From assembly GCA_963707485.1 (NCBI GenBank), contig CAVPQS010000077.1:646-64645 (forward strand): 64,000 nucleotides of DNA, written 5' to 3'. The DNA is from an uncultured bacterium (lineage in GTDB: Bacteria > Zixibacteria > MSB-5A5 > CAIYYT01). The first letter of the stretch is position 1, and the number at the start of each line of letters is the position of its first letter. Position numbers and translations under genes: made by a program. The notes under the pieces were generated by a model. It did no database searches. It had not been told where the DNA came from and was given only the letters and a program-made list of their open reading frames with translations. Below, piece by piece: positions 48,813-57,921 of the stretch.

Positions 48813-49985
48813 TTAGTGGATGGTCGTCGACAATTGAATTGCAATTGTCTCATCGTCGAGCGGCGCATCATCGACTCCACGAACGATCTGCGTAATTACC
48901 TTTAGCAGAACAGACTGATCGATCCGGTAGCCGACGCCCAACTCAAAGCGGTTCAAGGGGTAATCCCAGTCTTGTTTGCCGATCGTTTCGCCAAAATCGT
49001 GTTCGGAGAAACGCATGGTTTCGATTCGGCCCGCGACGAACCACTGTGGCGCAAGCTTGTAACGGGCGTCAAAATAGGCGCTGTAGACATCGAGGTTCTC
49101 AAATACCGGGTGTTCCCAACGCGCAAAGAACGCTTCCGAGTACATTTCCAACATTCCGTAATCGTAGTGAGCGCCGAATCCGCCGCCGAGATTCAGGTAG
49201 TCTTTAGTTTCGTGACTCAGGTTGACAGCGGTCAACTTGGAATACTCTGTCTCTTCGGCTGAGAAGAAGATCGAAGCGTCATCCATGTATGGGCCGGCAA
49301 ATCCAGAGAACGACAAGCTAAATACCGGAGAAAAATAGAGGCCCAATTTGCCCGTCAACTGCGGGACATCTTTTTCCGGCTGGATTCTTGGCGCCGACAC
49401 CGAGCCGCTAAGCGCTCCCACCGACCAATCGAGCATTCCCGCCGATCCGAAAACTTCAAGGCCGGTATTCCAGCAAGGGTCGTAGATAATCGGCAAGCCG
49501 TAGTGATCATAACCTTCGCCGCGCATTGCAAAAAGCTGCTCATTGGTGGTTTGATACTGGGTCGGACTAAGCGCCGTGTGGTATAAATACATTAGCGGCT
49601 GCCCGATCAGCGGATTTTTGTCGGAATAGGCTCGCGGTCCCCAGAGGCCCACTGTGTTGGGAATTAGGCCGGCGTGGAGATTTACATTGGCGCCGCCAAT
49701 TTTTGACAGCCGTACATAAGCGCCATAAAGTTGAAATTCCGAATTGTTGACGAGGACCTGCGTAAAGACGCTGACTTTTTCGGACGGCTGGGCATCAAAG
49801 AATAAGCGCGCACGAACATAGTCGAAATTCGAAAATCCCTTAAATGTCTTATTGCTGGCGTCTTCCGACGACAGATTGCGAAGCACGAGATCAAGCATGC
49901 CGGTTACCTGGTACTGGGCGGTTGCAAGCGTCGGAAGCGTGAATATGAAAACACAGATGGCCATTGTCAGAGTTTTCGATTTCAT
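48813..49985 (-). CDS. Exported hypothetical protein, possibly an outer-membrane beta-barrel/porin-like protein
   Basis: Signal peptide MAICVFIFTLPTLATAQ, aromatic-rich alternating pattern. Shares an operon with the upstream histidine kinase through a 4-bp overlap. Confidence 0.4.
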   Translation of the reverse strand: MKSKTLTMAICVFIFTLPTLATAQYQVTGMLDLVLRNLSSEDASNKTFKGFSNFDYVRARLFFDAQPSEKVSVFTQVLVNNSEFQLYGAYVRLSKIGGANVNLHAGLIPNTVGLWGPRAYSDKNPLIGQPLMYLYHTALSPTQYQTTNEQLFAMRGEGYDHYGLPIIYDPCWNTGLEVFGSAGMLDWSVGALSGSVSAPRIQPEKDVPQLTGKLGLYFSPVFSLSFSGFAGPYMDDASIFFSAEETEYSKLTAVNLSHETKDYLNLGGGFGAHYDYGMLEMYSEAFFARWEHPVFENLDVYSAYFDARYKLAPQWFVAGRIETMRFSEHDFGETIGKQDWDYPLNRFELGVGYRIDQSVLLKVITQIVRGVDDAPLDDETIAIQLSTTIH

Positions 49986-51766
49986 GCTGAGGCTCCTTGA
50001 GAAGTTGGCGCAAGTTCTGCCGCATTGTTGACCAGCGATGCCGGAAGTCGAATTACGAAATGTGCTCCCATTCCGGGTTGCGAAGTCACTGAAAGTTCAC
50101 CGCCGTGATCGGCAACGATCTTGTGACTAATGGCTAATCCGAGCCCGGTGCCGGAACTTTTTCCATGTGTAACGAAAGGCTTGAAAATGTCGGCGACTAT
50201 TTCCGGCGGAATTCCCGGACCGTCGTCGCGAACGTGAATGAACATACCTCTGCTATTGGATTCGACCAAGACTGTCACCGAGTTGCCGGGCGAGAGCGCT
50301 TCAAAGGCGTTGTTCAGCAAGTTATCGAACACCCTACGGAACTTGTGCGGATCGATCGCTGCAACAAAATCCGGGTGATCGACAAATGTCAAACCGATTC
50401 GTTGTTTCTCGAAGCGCTCCGAATGAAATTCAACCTGCTGCCTGATAGTCTGCACGACTGGAAGGAGCTCCAAGTGCAGGGATTTATTGCCGTGAGCGTA
50501 GTCGAGCAGGTCTTGGGTCATGTTTACCATTCGCTGGACCTGGCTTTTGATACCAAGGCAATATGCCTCCCGCTTGGCTTCTCCACCAAGTCCGTGGATG
50601 ACAGCTTCAACCGAAAGAGCGATCGCGGTCATCGGGCTCTTGAAATCGTGAATGATACCGGCCGCCAATTGGCCAATAGTCGCGAGCCGCTCGGCGTTGA
50701 TTCGCTCTTCTTGGACACGCGCAATCGTCTCGCGATTTGTAATCAGCGTTTGGCGCATGTTGTCGAAGCATGAAGCCAGATAGCCAAGTTCGTCGTTGCT
50801 CAGGGGCTGAATTGGATCATCGAGTTGACCGGTCGATATTTTGCCGGCGGCGGTGACGAGTTTATCAACGGCGGCGGTGAGCTTTGTTGATGTGAATCGA
50901 TAGATCAAAATCAGGGACAAAATTGAGGCCGCCAGTGCGAGTACTATCAGATAAAGAGAGATATTGGCGATGGCCGGTTCAAGTTGGGCATCGAGCGAAC
51001 GAACCAGAATCATCGACAACCCTGATCCGTTGCCCAGGCGATAATTGCGCAGGAGGTGATCCTCACCGTTCAAACTGACCGTGTTTACTGCGATCAGGCG
51101 ATTGTGGCTGTCGTTGCTTAGGTGCTGCGTGAGTTCCGACTGGCGGAGCAACTCGGGATCGGTGGCAGAGATTACTTTGTCATTAGCCATAAGCATGATG
51201 TCGCTGCCGGTGAGCATTTTGAGGCGCCGGAGTAGTTCGAGATTGACCTGATACCCGACTAACAGTTTGCCCATCTGGTATTGTTCGCCGAAACTCAGCG
51301 GTGTTGTCAGCGTCTGGTAGATGTTGTCACCGATATATTTGTACTGCTCTTTGTGATTGCGTTCATACTTGCTGACGCTAAGATCGAGTGACTCGGGATT
51401 GGTGATCTTTACAGTATTGTCCTGGGCAAAGACATGTCCGGCGGTGTCGACAATAACGAAAATATCGGCTTGGACCAGATTGCGGAAATCTGCAACCTCG
51501 TGCTGTGCTGTGGTAGGATCGCCCTCGGCAATTGCCGCCATAAATCGGGGATCAGACAGCATGATATCAATTCCCGATTTGAGCAGGGCAAAGCGACTCT
51601 GGAGATAGTTGTCCAGCACAAGCTGGGCAGTTTCAATTTCCTGCGAGAAGTGATAAGTGTACTGCTGCTTGATCACGTTGCGGACAATCACGAAAGTCAG
51701 GATCGCGCCGGCAATAATTATGCCGGTGACATAAAGCTGGAATTTTCTCCCGATTGAGATTTGCAT
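49982..51766 (-). CDS. Sensor histidine kinase with periplasmic sensor domain and HAMP
   Basis: H-box IIHDFKSPMTAIALS, G-boxes DDGPGI and GTGLGLAISH. N-terminal TM plus a roughly 250-aa sensor. Confidence 0.88.
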   Translation of the reverse strand: MQISIGRKFQLYVTGIIIAGAILTFVIVRNVIKQQYTYHFSQEIETAQLVLDNYLQSRFALLKSGIDIMLSDPRFMAAIAEGDPTTAQHEVADFRNLVQADIFVIVDTAGHVFAQDNTVKITNPESLDLSVSKYERNHKEQYKYIGDNIYQTLTTPLSFGEQYQMGKLLVGYQVNLELLRRLKMLTGSDIMLMANDKVISATDPELLRQSELTQHLSNDSHNRLIAVNTVSLNGEDHLLRNYRLGNGSGLSMILVRSLDAQLEPAIANISLYLIVLALAASILSLILIYRFTSTKLTAAVDKLVTAAGKISTGQLDDPIQPLSNDELGYLASCFDNMRQTLITNRETIARVQEERINAERLATIGQLAAGIIHDFKSPMTAIALSVEAVIHGLGGEAKREAYCLGIKSQVQRMVNMTQDLLDYAHGNKSLHLELLPVVQTIRQQVEFHSERFEKQRIGLTFVDHPDFVAAIDPHKFRRVFDNLLNNAFEALSPGNSVTVLVESNSRGMFIHVRDDGPGIPPEIVADIFKPFVTHGKSSGTGLGLAISHKIVADHGGELSVTSQPGMGAHFVIRLPASLVNNAAELAPTSQGASA

Positions 51767-51769
51767 AAT

Positions 51770-52423
51770 CTAATTGACATCCACGGTAACGGACTCTTTT
51801 TGCGGTACCGTAACCTTTAGTTCGACTTCGGGGAGCGGCTCCTGCCAGACTCTGAGTGTGTATTCTCCCGGAGGAACATTTTCGATCCGGTAATTGCCGT
51901 CGGTATCGCTAACCGTAAAGTACGGGTGCTCCAGCACCAGAATGTGTGCACGCATCGCAGAGTGGATTTCGCAGAAGACTTTGATCAAGCCCGGAGCGTC
52001 GAAAGTAACCGATTTGGAGTGGCCCTTTGGATAGCGCCCGAGATCGAATTTCTTTGCCTTCGAGTAGGAAAACACATTATGAAAGACCGGATCGAGATTG
52101 GGAAAGTCAACGGTAGTACCAACCAAAATCGGCAGCAATTCCGGGACGAAGGCCTGACCCTGCTGAACCATTTTAGGATGATCGGTTGGTATCACGTATG
52201 AGCTCTTATTGTCACCTACCAGATAGACAATAGCCATCGGCGGTGGTGCTTCGTTCTCCGTGGACTTGGTGGCCACCGATTCGCGTCCTGAGTAACGGTT
52301 GATTTGAGCAGTCTTACTGCGAGGCGCCAGGCGCATTACTTTGCCAACGACAGTTGTCGCGAAAGTTGGACCTGCCGAGCCGCATAGAAGCAACAAGAGA
52401 ATCGTCATGAAACATTTTAGCAT
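51770..52423 (-). CDS. Secreted cupredoxin-like (type-1 copper site) protein fused to a carboxypeptidase-regulatory-like domain
   Basis: Signal peptide. HNVF...CEIHSAM gives the His/Cys-x2-His-x2-Met ligand pattern of blue copper proteins. The C-terminal SDTDGNYRIENVPPGEYTLRV is a CarbopepD_reg-like motif. Confidence 0.55.
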   Translation of the reverse strand: MLKCFMTILLLLLCGSAGPTFATTVVGKVMRLAPRSKTAQINRYSGRESVATKSTENEAPPPMAIVYLVGDNKSSYVIPTDHPKMVQQGQAFVPELLPILVGTTVDFPNLDPVFHNVFSYSKAKKFDLGRYPKGHSKSVTFDAPGLIKVFCEIHSAMRAHILVLEHPYFTVSDTDGNYRIENVPPGEYTLRVWQEPLPEVELKVTVPQKESVTVDVN

Positions 52424-52654
52424 TGTTTTTCCTCTTCAATAGTTGTCGGAAGGTCAGCAAATTTATTGATCAAATGGACCCAAGTTGTTGTACTCAGCGA
52501 CAGTTACGGCTTCGGGTGTGGAGTTCTCGATGCGGCGGCCATTGTTTCAGATTGAGTCATTTACCAATGGACGGGAGCTTTATGTTACAGGTAACATTTG
52601 CGCAATGTTCAAGATCGGGTTACCCTAATACCAAGGGCAACCAAGGTTTGAATC

Positions 52655-54574
52655 ATGTGTGGAATTTGCGGAATATATCATTTTCAAAATAACCACGCGG
52701 TAGACCGGGAAATTATTCGCCGAATGAGCGACCGGATCAGTCACCGCGGGCCGGACGACTCCGGCGAATATATTAGTTCGGACGGAAAGCTGGCACTGGG
52801 GCACCAGCGGTTATCCATCATTGATTTGTCGTCCGCGGGCAGACAGCCGATGGCCGACTCTTCGGGCAGACTCCAAATCGTATTCAACGGCGAAATCTAT
52901 AATCACCGTCAACTGCGCGCGACGCTGGAATCAAAGGGATATGTATACAGGACTCACACTGATACTGAGACGGTCTTGAATGTATGTCGCGATCTCGGAA
53001 TCGCCGGACTCAATCGCTTGCGGGGGATGTTTGCGTTTGCACTGTGGGAAGAAGACAAGGGCGAGCTTACGTTAGTGCGCGATCGCATAGGCATCAAGCC
53101 GCTCTACTACACGATTCAGAACGGCATGGTGATATTCGCATCGGAGATTAAGGCGATACTCGTCCATCCCGAGGTCTCAGCCCAGTTAGACCCGGAAGCG
53201 CTTTATCATTATTTGACTTTGGCGGCAGCGCCGGCGCCAATGACGATGTTTGCAGGAATCAAGAAACTGCCGGCCGGTTTTTGGTTGCGCGTAGATCGAA
53301 AGGGAAAACTCACACTAACGCGATGGTGGGACGCCGTTCGCAATCAGCCGATGCTCGAAGACGATGAAGCCGGTATCGCTGCGGGAATATTGCGTCATCT
53401 GCGGGATGCCGTGGAATCGCATATGATTTCGGACGTGCCCTTCGGCGTGTTTCTTTCCGGTGGAATTGACTCGACAACAAATATCGCACTCATGTCGGAA
53501 TTGATGGATCGGCCGGTAGAGACGTTTTCGGTGAGTATTGCCGGACAGGACCAGTTCAACGAGTTTGAATATGCACGGCGCATGGCGAAGCATTTCGGCT
53601 GCAACCACCACGAGGTCGAAATCGGCGATGACGAGTTTATCGCCCTGTTTGATCAACTGGCATACTTGCAGGATGAACCGTTGGCAGACCCGGTGTGTGT
53701 GCCGCTTTACCACGTTTCGAAACTGGCGCGACAAAATGGGGTACCGGTAATACAGGTTGGCGAGGGAGCGGACGAGTTGTTCTGCGGCTATCCCAAATTC
53801 CTGCTGGCGCTGCAGCTCATTGGTAAGTGGGAGAAACTCCAATCGTTGCCGCGCCCGATGTGGATCGCTCTTTACCGATTTGCCGGCGGGTTTCTGGATG
53901 CGGCTGGAAGGCAACTGGAGCGCGAGCATCTGCGCAGAATGGGTGGAGACGAGGAGTTGTTCTGGGGCGGCGCGATTGCATTTCTCGAATATGAGAAGAA
54001 GGCGCTGCTATCCCCCGAGATGTACGCGCAATGCCGAAAGTACAGGACCTCGTCGGTGATCGACTCCCTCTATGATCAGGACGGGGATGAAGGTTATTTC
54101 GCTCGCATGATGTACCTGGAGTTGAAGCAGCGACTGCCAGAGCTGTTGCTGATGCGAGTCGACAAGATGGCGATGGCGCATTCGATCGAAACGCGAGTTC
54201 CATTTCTCGATCACCTGCTTGTTGAATACGTTCTGCGGATTCCGTCGCACTTACATTACAAGGAAAACACACTGAAGTATTTGCTGAAAAAAGCAGTGGC
54301 GGGAATCGTGCCGGATGAGATATTGAATCGTCCGAAGGTAGGATTTTGCGGTTCCGCCAAGAACATGGTTTCGCCGCGCGTGGACCGGTTTGCATATGAG
54401 CTGCTGATCTCAGACTCCGATTTCCTGAGCGAACTGGTAAACCGCGATTATATTGAGAAGATATTTGCCCGGCACCGACGCGGAGATAACCAGGGCATGC
54501 GCATTTGGAATTTGCTAAACCTTGCGCTTTGGCACCGTCAGTGGATTGGGCGTCCGCAGTATTCGCAACTATAA
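52655..54574 (+). CDS. asnB: Asparagine synthase (glutamine-hydrolysing)
   Basis: N-terminal MCGICGI (Cys2 nucleophile) and PP-loop SGGIDS. Confidence 0.9.
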   Translation: MCGICGIYHFQNNHAVDREIIRRMSDRISHRGPDDSGEYISSDGKLALGHQRLSIIDLSSAGRQPMADSSGRLQIVFNGEIYNHRQLRATLESKGYVYRTHTDTETVLNVCRDLGIAGLNRLRGMFAFALWEEDKGELTLVRDRIGIKPLYYTIQNGMVIFASEIKAILVHPEVSAQLDPEALYHYLTLAAAPAPMTMFAGIKKLPAGFWLRVDRKGKLTLTRWWDAVRNQPMLEDDEAGIAAGILRHLRDAVESHMISDVPFGVFLSGGIDSTTNIALMSELMDRPVETFSVSIAGQDQFNEFEYARRMAKHFGCNHHEVEIGDDEFIALFDQLAYLQDEPLADPVCVPLYHVSKLARQNGVPVIQVGEGADELFCGYPKFLLALQLIGKWEKLQSLPRPMWIALYRFAGGFLDAAGRQLEREHLRRMGGDEELFWGGAIAFLEYEKKALLSPEMYAQCRKYRTSSVIDSLYDQDGDEGYFARMMYLELKQRLPELLLMRVDKMAMAHSIETRVPFLDHLLVEYVLRIPSHLHYKENTLKYLLKKAVAGIVPDEILNRPKVGFCGSAKNMVSPRVDRFAYELLISDSDFLSELVNRDYIEKIFARHRRGDNQGMRIWNLLNLALWHRQWIGRPQYSQL

Positions 54575-54626
54575 TCTGGAACTCGTCTGGGCATCCCCAC
54601 GTTGATCTTGCGAAGGAGTAAATGAA

Positions 54627-56831
54627 TTGGATCACATCTATCTTGACTACAACGCCACCACGCCGATTCACCCGGAAGTTGCCGAGGCAATGGCCCCATT
54701 CCTGCGCGATCATTTTGGCAATCCATCCAGTTCACACTGGTTTGGCGTGCAGACGCGAAAAGCCGTTGAAACGGCGCGCGCCCGGGTTGCGGCGATGCTT
54801 AGCTGCAATTCGGACGAGATAATTTTCACTTCCGGCGGAAGCGAATCGGACAATTTTGCGATTGCCGGTTACGTACTCAAAAATCGCTCGCGAGGGAATC
54901 ACATCGTGACATCGCAGATCGAGCATCCGGCGGTGCTGGAGATTTGCCGGTACCTTGAGGGGCAAGGATTTCAGGTAACTTACTTGTCGGTAGACGGCAC
55001 TGGAATGGTCGATGTCGAAAAATTGCGCAGAGCACTTAGACCAACGACGATTCTTGTTTCAATCATGCAGGCGAACAACGAGGTCGGCACAATTCAGCCT
55101 GTCAAAGAAATAGCGGAGATTTGTCATGAGCGGGGAGTCGCATTTCACACTGATGCCGCGCAGGCAGTCGGAAAGATTCCAGTCACGATTGCTGCAACGG
55201 GAGCTGACTTAATCACTATCGCCGGGCACAAACTCTATGCACCAAAGGGAATCGGGGCGCTTTACGTTCGTCGCGGGATCGAATTACAGAAACTGATTCA
55301 CGGCGCCGCGCACGAACAGAATCTTAGAGCCGGAACGGAAAATGTGCTCGAAATCGTGGGTCTGGGGAAAGCCTGCGAAGTAGTCGGCCGCGAGATGGCA
55401 AAACAGGCGCCGGTCATGGCGCGACTACGCGATCTACTTGAAAATGAATTGGAATCGCGGCTGCCGCAGTGCCAGATCAATGGCGACCGCGCAAGGCGAT
55501 TGCCAAACACTCTTTCCGTTTCGTTTCCTGGGATTGAGGCAAATGCGATCATCTCGGAATTGGAAGAGGTCGCATGTTCGCCCGGGGCTGCTTGTCACTC
55601 CGACAAAGTGATGATGTCGCACGTACTGGAGGCGATGCAGGTTCCCGTCGAGTATGCGATGGGGACGATTCGGTTTTCGGTTGGCTACATGACGACTGAG
55701 GCTGAAATTCGCGTGGCGGCTGATGCGATTGAGGCAACCATCACCCGACTCGCGCCTTCGGGGATGAGTACAATTCGCGTCGCTGACAGCGATGAAGAAA
55801 TTCGCCTGACAAAGTACACGCATGGACTTGGCTGCGCGTGCAAATTGCGTCCGCAGGCACTTGAGAAGATTCTCGCCCAATTGCCTCGAACTACTGATGC
55901 GAATGTCCTGGTTGGATCGGAGTCATCAGATGACGCGGCGGTTTACCGGTTGAGCGAAGAGATGGCGGTTGTGCAGACAGTTGATTTTTTCACACCGATA
56001 GTCGACGATCCATATCATTTTGGCGCAATCGCGGCGGCCAATGCCTTGAGCGACATTTATGCGATGGGAGGCAAGCCGTTGTTTGCGCTAAGCGTGGTGG
56101 GGTTTCCATCGAATCGGTTGCCGATGCAGGTGTTGCAGCAGATTCTCAAGGGCGCCGCGGATAAGGCTGCGGAAGCGGGTATCAACATCATCGGTGGCCA
56201 CACAGTAGACGACACTGAGCCGAAATACGGCCTTGCGGTCACGGGAATCGTGGATCCCAAAACGATCAAACGCAATAATACTGCACGAGTTGGCGATCTG
56301 CTAATCTTGACCAAACCGATCGGCACCGGTATTATCTCAACGGCAATTAAGCGCCAGATGGTTAATAACGGATTGCGCGATCGCGTCATCAAGATCATGA
56401 GCACGCTAAATGCAAGCGCCGCTGATGTTATATCGCGTTACGATGTGTCGACGTGCACGGACGTTACCGGATTCGGGCTCCTTGGCCATCTCAGGGAAGT
56501 GACTGTCGGAAGCGGCGTAACGGCGCGAGTCGATTCAAAGCGAGTTCCGATCATTGATGATGCAGTTGCACTGGCATCATCGGGTGTTGTGCCGGGCGGA
56601 ACCGAGAACAACCTTGAATACGTGTCTCCCATTGTGACTTGGGGTACAGGTGTTTCGCGCGTTATGAAAATACTGCTGGCAGATGCTCAGACATCGGGCG
56701 GGCTTTTGATGGCCGTCGCGAAGGATCAGTCTGGGGCCATGATGCGCGCGTTAATTGAAAAAGGAGTGGTTGATGCTGCGATAGTCGGAGAAATCACCGG
56801 ACGGGGTGACGGGAAAATCTCAGTCGTCTAA
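54627..56831 (+). CDS. selD: Fusion protein: NifS/IscS-like cysteine desulfurase (N-terminal, about 390 aa) plus selenide, water dikinase SelD (C-terminal)
   Basis: N-terminal half: YLDYNATTP...HKLYAPKGIGALYVR (PLP-Lys region). C-terminal half: LTKYTHGLGCACKLRPQALEKIL (Cys-type SelD active site, compared with E. coli GAGCGCK), then the PurM-like fold DDAAVY...GG..DNTE-like. Confidence 0.85.
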   Translation: MDHIYLDYNATTPIHPEVAEAMAPFLRDHFGNPSSSHWFGVQTRKAVETARARVAAMLSCNSDEIIFTSGGSESDNFAIAGYVLKNRSRGNHIVTSQIEHPAVLEICRYLEGQGFQVTYLSVDGTGMVDVEKLRRALRPTTILVSIMQANNEVGTIQPVKEIAEICHERGVAFHTDAAQAVGKIPVTIAATGADLITIAGHKLYAPKGIGALYVRRGIELQKLIHGAAHEQNLRAGTENVLEIVGLGKACEVVGREMAKQAPVMARLRDLLENELESRLPQCQINGDRARRLPNTLSVSFPGIEANAIISELEEVACSPGAACHSDKVMMSHVLEAMQVPVEYAMGTIRFSVGYMTTEAEIRVAADAIEATITRLAPSGMSTIRVADSDEEIRLTKYTHGLGCACKLRPQALEKILAQLPRTTDANVLVGSESSDDAAVYRLSEEMAVVQTVDFFTPIVDDPYHFGAIAAANALSDIYAMGGKPLFALSVVGFPSNRLPMQVLQQILKGAADKAAEAGINIIGGHTVDDTEPKYGLAVTGIVDPKTIKRNNTARVGDLLILTKPIGTGIISTAIKRQMVNNGLRDRVIKIMSTLNASAADVISRYDVSTCTDVTGFGLLGHLREVTVGSGVTARVDSKRVPIIDDAVALASSGVVPGGTENNLEYVSPIVTWGTGVSRVMKILLADAQTSGGLLMAVAKDQSGAMMRALIEKGVVDAAIVGEITGRGDGKISVV

Positions 56832-57919
56832 CTTGCCTTGCGACGGTGCTTCAAGAAATCCCAAAAAACATAATCTCCGAGATTTTGTGCCGAAGCAAAA
56901 TACGCCCGACCATGGTTCAGTTCGGTGAGCTTCTGAACGAATTGCTGCAAGTAGGGGTCTTCGGCAATCATGAATGTCGTGATCGGAATCTTCTTCTTAC
57001 GGCAGACAATTGCTTCGTCGAGCGTGCGGTTGACTACGATCGGATCAAGGCCGAAGGGGTTTTTGTAAATGCTGCCGTCGCTGCGATTAATCATGGATGG
57101 CTTACCGTCGGTGATCATGAAGATTTGCTTATTGGCGCTTTTGCGGCGGAGTAATATCTGCCGTGCCAACTGAAGTCCAGCTTTGGTATTGGTGTGGTAT
57201 GGTCCGACGCCCACATACGGCAGATCTTTGATTTTGATCTCTTGAGCGAAGTCACCAAACAAGACGATGTTGAGCGTGTCCTTGGGGAAGCGAGTCAGGA
57301 TCATCTCGGTGAATGCCATTGCTACCTGCTTTGCGGGAGTTATGCGATCCTCGCCATAGAGTATCATCGAATGGGAGATGTCGATCAACATCACCGTGGA
57401 ACAGTTTGTGACCTGTTCGGTTTCGTAAACTTCGAGGTCCTCTTCCTCCATGCTCAGTCCTAAATCGGCAGTCCGCGAAATGTTATTCAAAAGCGAACTT
57501 TGGAAGTCGATATTGCGGAGATTGTCGCCGAAAGAGTACTTCTTGCGTTCAGGCAGCACCTCTTCGGAATTACCGCCTTCTTTTGGAATCGGATGTCCGC
57601 CACCGGTAGACGATTTGAGCTGGTCGAATATTTTATCGAAAGAGTCTTTGCGGAGCGAACGCTCGCCCTTGCGCGTCAAGTTCATTCCCGATGGATTAAT
57701 GTTGATTATCTGGCTTTCTTCGAGATTGCGCTTGAAATCTTCGAGATCGGCGTCCTTGGGCAGGTAACCCATGCGCTTGAGCTGATCCATGATTTGCAGG
57801 GCCATTTTGACATTCCCGTTGACCTGCAGTAGCAAGTAATTGAAAATCGACATCAAGTCGCGCATTTGGCGCAACTGGTCAATCAGCGAATCGTCCCATT
57901 CTGAGTAAATGAAACGCAT
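56828..57919 (-). CDS. von Willebrand factor A (VWA) domain protein, partner of the upstream AAA+ ATPase
   Basis: MIDAS motif LIDISHSM (DxSxS), a Thr in TNTKAGL, and ITDG. 363 aa. Start is 3 bp after the AAA+ gene stop. Confidence 0.75.
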   Translation of the reverse strand: MRFIYSEWDDSLIDQLRQMRDLMSIFNYLLLQVNGNVKMALQIMDQLKRMGYLPKDADLEDFKRNLEESQIININPSGMNLTRKGERSLRKDSFDKIFDQLKSSTGGGHPIPKEGGNSEEVLPERKKYSFGDNLRNIDFQSSLLNNISRTADLGLSMEEEDLEVYETEQVTNCSTVMLIDISHSMILYGEDRITPAKQVAMAFTEMILTRFPKDTLNIVLFGDFAQEIKIKDLPYVGVGPYHTNTKAGLQLARQILLRRKSANKQIFMITDGKPSMINRSDGSIYKNPFGLDPIVVNRTLDEAIVCRKKKIPITTFMIAEDPYLQQFVQKLTELNHGRAYFASAQNLGDYVFWDFLKHRRKAS

Positions 57920-57921
57920 GT

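Noticed and set aside
53315-54713. 204-aa and 298-aa minus-strand ORFs
   Set aside because: Antisense to asnB and to the start of the NifS-SelD fusion. Their composition is Arg-rich.
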